From positions 288,001 through 352,000 of the forward strand of contig JBGPQV010000001.1 in NCBI GenBank assembly GCA_041489255.1: DNA of 64,000 nt. Reading direction: 5' to 3'. Below are positions 55,477 through 64,000 of the stretch, in pieces. The DNA is from Thermoplasmata archaeon (GTDB lineage Archaea; Thermoplasmatota; Thermoplasmata; RBG-16-68-12; JAFNFQ01). Numbering within the stretch: the stretch's first letter is position 1; every line of letters starts with the position of its first letter. The translations under genes and the position numbers were made by a program. The notes beneath the pieces are model-generated. The model saw nothing but the letters and a program-made list of their open reading frames with translations. It was not told the DNA's origin and did no database searches.

Positions 55477-58239
55477 TCATCCACCTCTGAGCTTGAGCAC
55501 CCTGGCAATGTCCATCTTGGCGACCCGCCAAGAAACCAAGAACACGGTGAGCAGCATCGCTGTGGGCGCGAGGACAAGGAGATACAGCGTCTCCACCGGG
55601 ATGCGGAATGGGTAGGGAACGAGCGACTGGACGCCGCCGATCGACCCGCCGAAGAACGCCAGCGAGGTCAGGTATGACGAGACGAGGCCGATGCTCAATC
55701 CCACCAATAGGCCTATCAGCATGATCGAGAGCGCCTCCCCCACAAGCAGCCCCGCGGTCTGCCAGCCGGTCGAGCCCCTTGCGGTTATCGCGGCGAACTC
55801 GACATCGCGCTCGATCGTTGCTGCATAGATGATGAGGCCGATCCCTACGGTGAGTATCACGATGATGTAGGCGATCTCCACGTAAATGAAGCCGAAGAGG
55901 GACGAGAACAGCGGGCCCGACGTCGCCTGCTCCAGCTCCTCCTGGTACACACGAATCCCCGAAGCCCCCAATGCCTGCACATCCGCTTTCGCGGCGCGCC
56001 AGTCCGCGCCTTGCTTCAAGTCGACGAGGTATGTCGTATCGAAAGGGATTTCGTAGTCCAGCGGTGACTCGAACAACTCACGAACCGTGACATTGCTCAC
56101 ATAGATCATGGCGGGCACGTAGTACTGCCCGATGACTATGCCAGGCAGAGTCTTGACGACCCCGCCAATCGTCACGTTAATTTTCCGCGTAATCGAATCT
56201 GTGCCGTTGAAAAGGGTCTGGTCCAGAGCTATCCTGTCCCCGACAGCCAGGTAATTGGCATCCAAGTAACTCCGCGAGACGAGCACCTGCCCCTCCGTCT
56301 TGAGCACCGCCTTAGCTCCCTGTGAATCGAGGCTCTCGAAATACCATGGCTCTGGCTGGGTCACCGCGAAGTAGGAATCTGCTTCGAGCACGCAGACCCG
56401 GGTGTATCCATATTCTGCGACTATTTCCGCAAACTCGAACTTCGTCACCGCCGCGACCTGCGGGAGCGAGGTTAGGTTCGATCTGAACGTCTCATCCGAT
56501 GACGGGGGAGAGATCGACATGTCGGCCCCGATCGATGCACGGACTTGGCTCTCTTGATAGGCCTGCTGGGACCCGAGGGTGGCGAAGACGAAAATGCCGA
56601 ACCCGAGACCAAGGGCGATTATGAGCGCGATGTTGGCAGACCTCCTTGGGTTCCTCGAAAGATTGCGGCTGATTATGTAATAAAGATTCTTCGCGACGGG
56701 TTTGCACACGCGAGCCGTCCACTCATACACCTGCCCGGTTGCGCGCGTTAATAGACGGGTCGTGCCAACAATTAGGAAGATCGGGGCGAACGGCAGGAGG
56801 ACTGTGAATATCATTCCGATGAGGAACAACATGAAGTCAGCGGGCGCAGACCTGCTCCATATCACTACCCCATAGGTGAACACCGAGAGTGCGACGAGGA
56901 TGATGTCCGTGCTCGGTTTGTAATGAATCTTGGTCTCACCGGGCGCGTAATACTTCAGAGTCTCCACTATGGGGAGATTCGCTGTCCTCTTCGCGGAGCG
57001 ATAGCTGATACCCGCCATGAGGACTATGCTCAAGATCAAGACAGAAACTATCGTGTCCAGCGACAACACGATGTCATTGTAGCGGGCCGTTAGACCCGAG
57101 GCGGAGGGATTCACGTATCCTACGATGAAACGGCTGAAGACCAAGCCGAGTGGGATGCCGATTGCGGTGGCGAGAACTCCTCCCAGAATGGCATCCATGA
57201 TCAACACGCCGATGATCTGTCTCTCCCTCGCTCCTCTGGTCTTGAGCACCGCGAGCTCCCGCCTACGTTCGGCGTGCCCCAACTCTGCCCCTATGATTCC
57301 GAGGTAGAGGCCGAGAAGGATGACAGGCAGCGAAAGAGCAAGGAAGACGAGCCGCTGGATCGTTAACGTCATGCTGAAAAGCGAGATTGAGCCCGACAGG
57401 TTATCCTGAACGTATCCTGCATACGGTGCCAATGCGGCCTCCAGCTGCCTACCGATTCTGGCGAGGTTGCGCTCTGTGCCAGCCAAATCGTACGGATCGA
57501 GGAAACGGGCATGGTCGATCCAGACCTCGCCTTGTGTCAAGTCCATATAGGAAGCTGGCATTCCCAGCTGCTCCCCGACCCAATCGATGTCGTTGATGTT
57601 CACGAATGAATAAATCCAGTAGTTCCAGTTGCCGCCGTAATAGCTGGACTGAGCGGGAGTCACGATTGCTGCAACAGTAAGATTTAGCAGACGCGACCGA
57701 AAAGTCCCATTAATCATGTCGAATTCCGAGTATTCATAGGTAACCACACCCCCGATTCTGACATCGAGGATACTCGCCGCCTCTGACCCCAGGGCCACAT
57801 TGCCGCGAGGGAGTTCGAGGGAGCCGATGATTGTCGCGTCGCGCGGAATCGAAGGAGGATCGCTCGAATCTATTCCGTAGAAGGAGACGTCGAAACGCGA
57901 AGAATCGTTTTCCTTCCAGATCGTCAAACCGCCAATCTGTCGATAGACGACAACGTCGGTAACACCGGGGACCGCCAGCGCGGCGTCACGGATATCTGTC
58001 CAGTTCCCTTGGAAGGCGGTTATGCCATAGTCTCCCCACGGATTGTAGAGCAAGGCTTCGAACGATGACCGTGCGGATGAATCGATCGCGATGAACGTAC
58101 CAGAGACGAAGGTGATCGCCAGGACGACGCCGATCACGGAGGAGAGCGTCCTGCGACGGCTCCTAACGAAACTCGTGACTGAGTACCTCAACAGACCCAG
58201 TTTAATCCCTCTGCGGCGCGGAGGCGGCTTCGCAGTCAA
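55477..58239 (-). CDS. FtsX/MacB-type ABC permease (duplicated architecture); start uncertain
   Basis: ERRRELAVLKTRG and ERDVEFAAITARG repeats, two large extracytoplasmic domains, C-terminal LKLRGG. Confidence 0.88.
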   Translation of the reverse strand: MTAKPPPRRRGIKLGLLRYSVTSFVRSRRRTLSSVIGVVLAITFVSGTFIAIDSSARSSFEALLYNPWGDYGITAFQGNWTDIRDAALAVPGVTDVVVYRQIGGLTIWKENDSSRFDVSFYGIDSSDPPSIPRDATIIGSLELPRGNVALGSEAASILDVRIGGVVTYEYSEFDMINGTFRSRLLNLTVAAIVTPAQSSYYGGNWNYWIYSFVNINDIDWVGEQLGMPASYMDLTQGEVWIDHARFLDPYDLAGTERNLARIGRQLEAALAPYAGYVQDNLSGSISLFSMTLTIQRLVFLALSLPVILLGLYLGIIGAELGHAERRRELAVLKTRGARERQIIGVLIMDAILGGVLATAIGIPLGLVFSRFIVGYVNPSASGLTARYNDIVLSLDTIVSVLILSIVLMAGISYRSAKRTANLPIVETLKYYAPGETKIHYKPSTDIILVALSVFTYGVVIWSRSAPADFMLFLIGMIFTVLLPFAPIFLIVGTTRLLTRATGQVYEWTARVCKPVAKNLYYIISRNLSRNPRRSANIALIIALGLGFGIFVFATLGSQQAYQESQVRASIGADMSISPPSSDETFRSNLTSLPQVAAVTKFEFAEIVAEYGYTRVCVLEADSYFAVTQPEPWYFESLDSQGAKAVLKTEGQVLVSRSYLDANYLAVGDRIALDQTLFNGTDSITRKINVTIGGVVKTLPGIVIGQYYVPAMIYVSNVTVRELFESPLDYEIPFDTTYLVDLKQGADWRAAKADVQALGASGIRVYQEELEQATSGPLFSSLFGFIYVEIAYIIVILTVGIGLIIYAATIERDVEFAAITARGSTGWQTAGLLVGEALSIMLIGLLVGLSIGLVSSYLTSLAFFGGSIGGVQSLVPYPFRIPVETLYLLVLAPTAMLLTVFLVSWRVAKMDIARVLKLRGG

Positions 58240-58619
58240 AAGCTTTTCGTGGTATCAACCACCTCGACTTCGATTCACCAGACCATTGGACCCTCACGGT
58301 CGCGGTCTCGACCGCATGATTCCCGGCGTCATTCCCGCCGCGATTCTGCACGCCGGAATACACCGGGCAGGACTCCGATAGGTTTAAGCTGGGCTTTAAA
58401 AAGGAAATTTCTGAGCTTTAAATAGCCAGCATCGGATATTATCCGTCCTGATAATCAACACGAAAACCACTTACGGCAGGGAGATGCAATGGGGTCATAC
58501 GGGATCCGGGGCTAATGTGACCTTGAGTCAACCTCCAAGGTCGCCCACCTCCTCGATTCCCTCCCCCTCCCCCGGGTCCCCGTGTTTTATCTCTTCTTCT
58601 TGGAAACGCCGCAGGACTC

Positions 58620-59441
58620 TCAAAGGACAATCCAAATCAATAGCGCAATTCCGACCGCGAGGCAGTAAGGTGCGAAAGCGTAGAACCTCGCCCTCGAAAT
58701 GATCGCGAACAGCAATCTCAAAGCGAAAAAAGCGGAAATGGCGGCGGAAACGAGAGCGATAGTCAAGCTGAGCGCGTCGACGTTGAGACTTCCCGAACCG
58801 GCATCGAGAAATCCCGCCATGGCGGCTCCGAGTATTGCGGGGACAGCAAGCAAGAAGGAATATTTCGCCACCCGGACTCTTTCCGCTCCGAGCATGAGGC
58901 CGGTGGATATGGTCGTGCCCGAGCGCGAGATTCCTGGAATGAGAGCGATGCCCTGGACCGCACCGACCGCCAACGCACCAGCTGTGCCCAACGGTTTCCT
59001 GTCTCTCTTGCGGACAGCGTAGGTCAGGGAGAGCACGACCCCGGTGATGATCAGCCCGATTGCAACGACCGTTAGCGAATGGAATAGAGGCTTGGTCCAC
59101 CGCCAGAGAACGAAGCCTATCAGAGCGGTCGGTATCGTCCCGATGACGATGAGCCAAGCGGTCATCGCGCCATCTTCCTCCTTGAGGACGACTGATGGCT
59201 TCTCTCCCGCCCGCCATCGTCTCATGAACCTCGCAAGAGATTTGAATATCTCGGCGACTTCCTTTCTCAGGAACACCAGGACGACCAGAGCCGTCGCCAC
59301 GTGAAGCAGCACGTCAAACATGACGGGCACGTCGAGTCCCCAGACCTCCTGCAGGATCACCAGATGCCCTGAGCTGCTCACGGGCAGCCACTCAGTCAGA
59401 CCTTGCACGATGCCTAGAATCAGCGCTTGGACCGCGTCCAC
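58620..59441 (-). CDS. uppP: Undecaprenyl-diphosphate phosphatase (BacA family)
   Basis: GIVQGLTEWLPVSSSGHL, PGISRSGTT, SFLLAVP. Confidence 0.93.
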   Translation of the reverse strand: MDAVQALILGIVQGLTEWLPVSSSGHLVILQEVWGLDVPVMFDVLLHVATALVVLVFLRKEVAEIFKSLARFMRRWRAGEKPSVVLKEEDGAMTAWLIVIGTIPTALIGFVLWRWTKPLFHSLTVVAIGLIITGVVLSLTYAVRKRDRKPLGTAGALAVGAVQGIALIPGISRSGTTISTGLMLGAERVRVAKYSFLLAVPAILGAAMAGFLDAGSGSLNVDALSLTIALVSAAISAFFALRLLFAIISRARFYAFAPYCLAVGIALLIWIVL

Positions 59442-59594
59442 GTGACCGCGCGTGGAGTCGCAACGACCGACTTAATGCTTTGGAGACGGTTTTCGGCTGG
59501 TCGCGTGACTTGCTGGATTAGATGGACTTACAACGCAATTTAAATACGCCCAGACCGCTGAGTTCAATGTCCCCTAGACGGCGGGGTGGTCCAA

Positions 59595-61679
59595 ATGCCT
59601 ACAAAGCTGAGACTCTCGATTGTTGTCGCTTTGCTGCTGACTGCGTCCTTCCTGCTCGTCCCCGCCAACTTCGTCAAAGCCCAAGATACCGAACCGCCCT
59701 GGGTGGCCTCCCACTACCCGGCCAACGGGATGGCCAACGTGCCGCTGAGCGCCAATATCTACGTCAACTTCAGCGAGCCGATGAACCAACTCTCCGTGAA
59801 CGTCGGAATAATGCCATTAATCGCCTTGACGCCATCGTGGGACATGACACAGCAGTCGGTGATTTTCAGTCACGCCGTATCATACACTCCGAGCACGTGG
59901 TACACTGTGACGGTCAATGGCAATGACTTGGCGGGAAATCCGCTGGACGGCGACCACGACGGCACCGGCGGCGACCCGTTCATCTGGACGTTCATGACGG
60001 GGTGCGGCCGCTGCATTCTGAGTACCGATCCCAGAGACGGCGAGGAGAATGTCGGCCTCACCAAGCCAATAACTGTCACCTTCAGCGAGAGGATGGACGG
60101 CGCAACGATCACGGTGAACATCCTCCCCGTAATGACCTTCGCCCCGATCTGGAACAGCGGTTTCACAATCCTGACCCTGACCCATGCGAATCCGTTCGCC
60201 CAATGCACCGTCTACCGCGTGACCATCGGTGCTCCGGGCCTCGACCCCGGGCCGGTGCCGAACCCTTGGCAGTTCACGACCACCGGCTGTCCGCCGGTGA
60301 TAACTGGCATCTCTCCTCAGCAGGTTGATGCCGCCCTCGATGCACCAATCCGCATCGACTTCAGCACGACGATGAACAACGCAACGGTCACGTGGACCCT
60401 CAACAGGACATTGACCCTCGCGTCCTCCTGGAATATCGACAACACCACCCTGAACCTCACCCATGATGTGAAGTTCCTCCCCTGCACGGACTACAGCTAT
60501 TCAATTACAGGTAAGGACATGTTCGGGCAACTGCTGGACAACGGCTCTTTCCCGATGCCTTACAACTTCACGACAATCTGCACATATCCGAAGGTACTCC
60601 AGACATCCCCGAGCCGCTCACAAGACAATGTGCCACTCGACGCGCCGATTGTGGTCAGCTTCAGCGAGTCTATGGACACTACGTCCGTGGAAGACTCCTT
60701 CTCCTACAACGACGACCGCCTGACCTTCTTTAACAAGACCGATGGCACCTCGTCGTGGAGCCAAAATAACTCAACATTCACGTTCGCGCCGAACAAGCCA
60801 TATCGAACGGAGATTACGTATAATGTTCGGGCAAACGCGACCGCTCACGGCCTCGGCAACAACCCACTCGACGGGAATTCGAACGGCGTTCCAGACGGTC
60901 GTCCTGCGGACGATTATGTGTGGCAGTTCACGACCGCACAGGTCAGCGACACGACCCCGCCTACGGTGCAGACGGTCAGTCCGGCCCCTGATGCCACGGG
61001 GGTCCCCAAGGCCACCGCAGTCGTCATCACCTTCAGCGAGGCCATGAACAAGTTCTCGGTCGAGCATGCGATACAGATCACAGATGGCAGGGGCGCCTTT
61101 AATCCAAGTTGGCCCGACAATAAGACCGTCAGCTTCACTCTGGATCCTGGCCTCTTTTATGGAACAGCCTACACGGTCACCATCGATAACACGGCATCTG
61201 ACCTCGTGGGGAATCAAATGTTTTCGGACTTCGTGTGGACATTCACGACTGAGAACTGGCGGGGGGACGTTCACGGCAGGGTGGTCGATGATGCTAATGG
61301 CAGCCCGATATCCAACGCGACGGTCACGCTCGACGGGACGCAGACGCTGACAGACGGGGACGGGAATTTCACATTCAGGAACATCGAACAGGGGATATAC
61401 GTCCTCAATGTCATGAAGGACGGCTATGACTCGAGCAGCGATTCCAAAGGCGTCGGACAGGGGGCGCTGCAGGACCTCGGCACTGTTAGATTGCACAAGA
61501 CTCAGGTCGGACAGAGCAACGTGCTCTTTGTAGCGGCGACTGGCATCATCATAGCCGTTGTGATCGTGCTGCTCCTCCTCATCCTGCTGTCACGCAAGCG
61601 GAGGAAAGTGCAGCCCACGACATTCGAGCAGTGGAAGGGCGAGGTCGCCGAGGTCGAGAGGCCGGACAGCGGTCAGTGA
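59595..61679 (+). CDS. Cell-surface protein with Ig-like (Big_5-type) repeats, carboxypeptidase-regulatory-like domain and C-terminal TM
   Basis: Signal peptide; five P..G..NV....I.V.FSE.M-type repeats; GRVVD...PISNATV; TM + RKRRK; many N-x-S/T sequons. Confidence 0.88.
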   Translation: MPTKLRLSIVVALLLTASFLLVPANFVKAQDTEPPWVASHYPANGMANVPLSANIYVNFSEPMNQLSVNVGIMPLIALTPSWDMTQQSVIFSHAVSYTPSTWYTVTVNGNDLAGNPLDGDHDGTGGDPFIWTFMTGCGRCILSTDPRDGEENVGLTKPITVTFSERMDGATITVNILPVMTFAPIWNSGFTILTLTHANPFAQCTVYRVTIGAPGLDPGPVPNPWQFTTTGCPPVITGISPQQVDAALDAPIRIDFSTTMNNATVTWTLNRTLTLASSWNIDNTTLNLTHDVKFLPCTDYSYSITGKDMFGQLLDNGSFPMPYNFTTICTYPKVLQTSPSRSQDNVPLDAPIVVSFSESMDTTSVEDSFSYNDDRLTFFNKTDGTSSWSQNNSTFTFAPNKPYRTEITYNVRANATAHGLGNNPLDGNSNGVPDGRPADDYVWQFTTAQVSDTTPPTVQTVSPAPDATGVPKATAVVITFSEAMNKFSVEHAIQITDGRGAFNPSWPDNKTVSFTLDPGLFYGTAYTVTIDNTASDLVGNQMFSDFVWTFTTENWRGDVHGRVVDDANGSPISNATVTLDGTQTLTDGDGNFTFRNIEQGIYVLNVMKDGYDSSSDSKGVGQGALQDLGTVRLHKTQVGQSNVLFVAATGIIIAVVIVLLLLILLSRKRRKVQPTTFEQWKGEVAEVERPDSGQ

Positions 61680-62537
61680 TCACTTGTAGTCGTAGAAGCC
61701 CCGGCCGGTCTTCCTTCCGAGCCGCCCGGCCTTGACCATCTTGCGCAGCAGCGGGCACGGCCTGTACTTGGGGTCTCCGAGGCCGTTTTGCAGGACGGTC
61801 ATGATGTCCAGGCAGATGTCGAGTCCTATCAGGTCCGCCAGCTCCAGCGGCCCCATCGGGTGGTTGAAACCGAGCTTGGCGACCGTGTCGATCGCCTCCT
61901 TCGTGGCCACCCCTTCCTGGAGGCAGAAGATGGCCTCGTTGATGAACGGCATGAGGATCCTGTTGGCGGCGAAACCTGGGAAGTCCTGGACCTCCACCGG
62001 GGTCTTGCCGAGCTTCGCGGAGAGGTCGAAAACCACCTTGACCGTCTCGTCGCTCGTCTGCAGCCCGCGGATGACCTCGACCAGCTTCATCAGGGGCACG
62101 GGGTTGAAGAAGTGCATGCCCACGAACTTCTGCGGGCGGTCCGTTGCGGCGGCGAGCTCGGTTATCGAAATGGAAGACGTGTTCGAGGCGAATATGACGT
62201 CGGGCCTGCACAGCTTCGCGAGCTCACGGAATGCCTCCTTCTTCACCTCGGGGCTCTCGAACACCGCCTCGATGATTAGGTCGCAGTCGGCCAGGTCCTT
62301 CCATTCTGTCGTGCCCTTCACCCGCGACTGCACAGCCGCCTTCTCCTCGGCGGTCATCTTCCCTTTCTCGACTCCTCTCGAGAGGCTCTTCTCTATCGTG
62401 GCGAGGCCTTTCTGCACGAACCTGTCCTCGATGTCCCTCATCGCCACGCTGTGTCCGCTCTGCGCGAGGACCTGAGCGATCCCCGCCCCCATCGTTCCAG
62501 CGCCGATTACTCCGACTTTCCTGATCTCCAAGAACAT
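61680..62537 (-). CDS. hbd: 3-hydroxybutyryl-CoA / 3-hydroxyacyl-CoA dehydrogenase
   Basis: [47 protein letters not shown]. Confidence 0.93.
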   Translation of the reverse strand: MFLEIRKVGVIGAGTMGAGIAQVLAQSGHSVAMRDIEDRFVQKGLATIEKSLSRGVEKGKMTAEEKAAVQSRVKGTTEWKDLADCDLIIEAVFESPEVKKEAFRELAKLCRPDVIFASNTSSISITELAAATDRPQKFVGMHFFNPVPLMKLVEVIRGLQTSDETVKVVFDLSAKLGKTPVEVQDFPGFAANRILMPFINEAIFCLQEGVATKEAIDTVAKLGFNHPMGPLELADLIGLDICLDIMTVLQNGLGDPKYRPCPLLRKMVKAGRLGRKTGRGFYDYK

Positions 62538-62670
62538 CACCGGCGGACGGAAAAGCGGCGGGTTATTTCAGGGCTTCCGTCCGGCGGCCTGGCGGTTGGC
62601 GGCAAGATCTCGGGTCGAGAACCCGGCCTGGCACACCCTCCCCGTGTCCGCGGTCAGATCGGCCCGGCCG

Positions 62671-63843
62671 TCACATGTTCTCGATGAGCATCGCCATGGC
62701 ATTGCCGCCGCCAAGGCAGATGGTGACGACGCCTCTCCTCGCGTTCCTGTCCTTCATGGCGTATATCAGGGTCGCGAGTATCCGCGCTCCCGAGCAGCCG
62801 ATCGGGTGACCGAGGGCAACCGCCCCGCCATTCACGTTGAACCTCTCCCGCGGGATCCCCAGCTCCTTCATCACCGCCACGCTGGCGGAGGAGAAGGCCT
62901 CGTTGTGCTCCCAGAGGTCGATGTCCTTGACCTCGAGGCCTGTCTTCTTCAGGAGCTTCCGCACCGCGGGTATCGGGGCCTCCATGACCCATTCCGGCTT
63001 GACGCCGGCGCTCACGTAATCGACTATGCGAGCGAGCGGTTTGAAACCTTTCTTCATTGCCGCCTCGGAGGACATGACGACAGTGGCGGCACCGCCATCG
63101 CTCAGCTGCGAGGCGTTCCCCGCCGTGACCTTGCCGTCCTTCTTGAACGCGGCCGGCAGCTTCGCCAGCTTCTCGACCGTCGAGTCGGACCTGATGCCCT
63201 CGTCCTGCTCGAACATCCTCTTCTCTGCCTTCAGTTCGACCGGGACGATCTCCGCCTTGAACTTGCCGTCCTGTGTCGCCCTGTTGGCCTTCATGTGGCT
63301 CTCGTAGGAGAAACGGTCCATGTCCTCGCGGGTGACGTTGTACCTGTCTGCGACAATCTCGCCTGTCATGCCCATGTGGAAATTGCTGTAGACGTCCCAC
63401 AGACCGTCGTACACCATCGCGTCGACCAGCTTGACGTCGTTCATCTTCGAGCCCCAGCGCAGTTCGCGGACCACGTAGGGGGCGTTGCTCATGCTCTCCA
63501 TTCCTCCCGCAACGATTGTCTCCGCACTGCCGGCCTTAATCGCGTCGGCTGCGACACCGACAGCCTTCAAGCCAGAGGCGCAGACCTTGTTGACGGTGAA
63601 GGCGGGGACCGAGTCAGGTATCCCACCGGCCAGGGCCGCCTGGCGTGCCGGGGCCTGACCCAGACCGGCGGTCACGACGTTGCCCATGATGACCTCGTCG
63701 ATCTCGACCGGGTTCACTCGCGCCCGGGCAACCGCTTCCTTTATCGCGATGGCGCCTAGCTGCGTAGATGAAAACCCCATTAACGATTTCCCATACCTGC
63801 CAATCGGCGTGCGGCATGCACTGATGATGACTGCTTCTGACAT
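62671..63843 (-). CDS. Acetyl-CoA C-acetyltransferase (thiolase)
   Basis: RTPIG, NKVCASG, GGMESMS, TAGNAS, NEAF, GHPIGCSG, CLGGG. Confidence 0.95.
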   Translation of the reverse strand: MSEAVIISACRTPIGRYGKSLMGFSSTQLGAIAIKEAVARARVNPVEIDEVIMGNVVTAGLGQAPARQAALAGGIPDSVPAFTVNKVCASGLKAVGVAADAIKAGSAETIVAGGMESMSNAPYVVRELRWGSKMNDVKLVDAMVYDGLWDVYSNFHMGMTGEIVADRYNVTREDMDRFSYESHMKANRATQDGKFKAEIVPVELKAEKRMFEQDEGIRSDSTVEKLAKLPAAFKKDGKVTAGNASQLSDGGAATVVMSSEAAMKKGFKPLARIVDYVSAGVKPEWVMEAPIPAVRKLLKKTGLEVKDIDLWEHNEAFSSASVAVMKELGIPRERFNVNGGAVALGHPIGCSGARILATLIYAMKDRNARRGVVTICLGGGNAMAMLIENM

Positions 63844-64000
63844 TCTTTGCCCCCGGACGATTCGGAGAAAGCGCCACCGGTTATGAAGGTTGCCTGATTA
63901 CTGTATTGAGGGATGGCTCGGGCGCCACCTTGTATTCACTGGCTTGCACCCAGGCCTTCTCCTCGATGTCTATCGCAGCTTGGCTATCTGAAGGTTGGCT

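Noticed and set aside
63881-64000. Open minus-strand frame at the window end
   Set aside because: Only 40 codons visible; cannot be identified

Overview
64 kb of a GC-rich archaeal chromosome, probably a Thermoplasmata-like euryarchaeon. This is an inference from PurP, Nep1, Trm5, PdaD, an HVO_0476-type Zn finger, PolB2 and an AglH-like GPT. From 2.6 to 21.9 kb lies a surface-glycan locus: a WbpA/B/E/D/I-type diacetamido-uronate pathway, three GT4s, DUF354, two FemAB-like GNATs, a polysaccharide deacetylase, an MraY/AglH-type transferase and a polytopic membrane protein. A small insert splits this locus; it holds a DUF6266-like gene behind an 11-bp-phased repeat array, a YHS chaperone and CopA. 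From 21.9 to 30.9 kb lies a PolB2 damage-tolerance module (PolB2, small partner, Walker-A-less RadA-like gene) whose members share an upstream motif. They are separated by about 5.5 kb that includes a 3.0-kb direct-repeat-bounded pair (secreted FN3 protein and wHTH-STAND-TPR regulator). From 31 to 64 kb the genes are mostly housekeeping (nep1, purP, M16 pair, trm5, dcd, asnS, pdaD, metG, uppP, acyl-CoA dehydrogenase, hbd, thiolase). This part also has a possible membrane-signalling neighbourhood (degenerate PrsW-like, multi-Zn-ribbon/TM/TPR, FG-GAP-Ig-TM-double-wHTH) and a large Ig-repeat surface protein. No tRNA, rRNA, CRISPR, integrase or transposase was recognised. All family calls come from reading motifs by eye, not from database searches.
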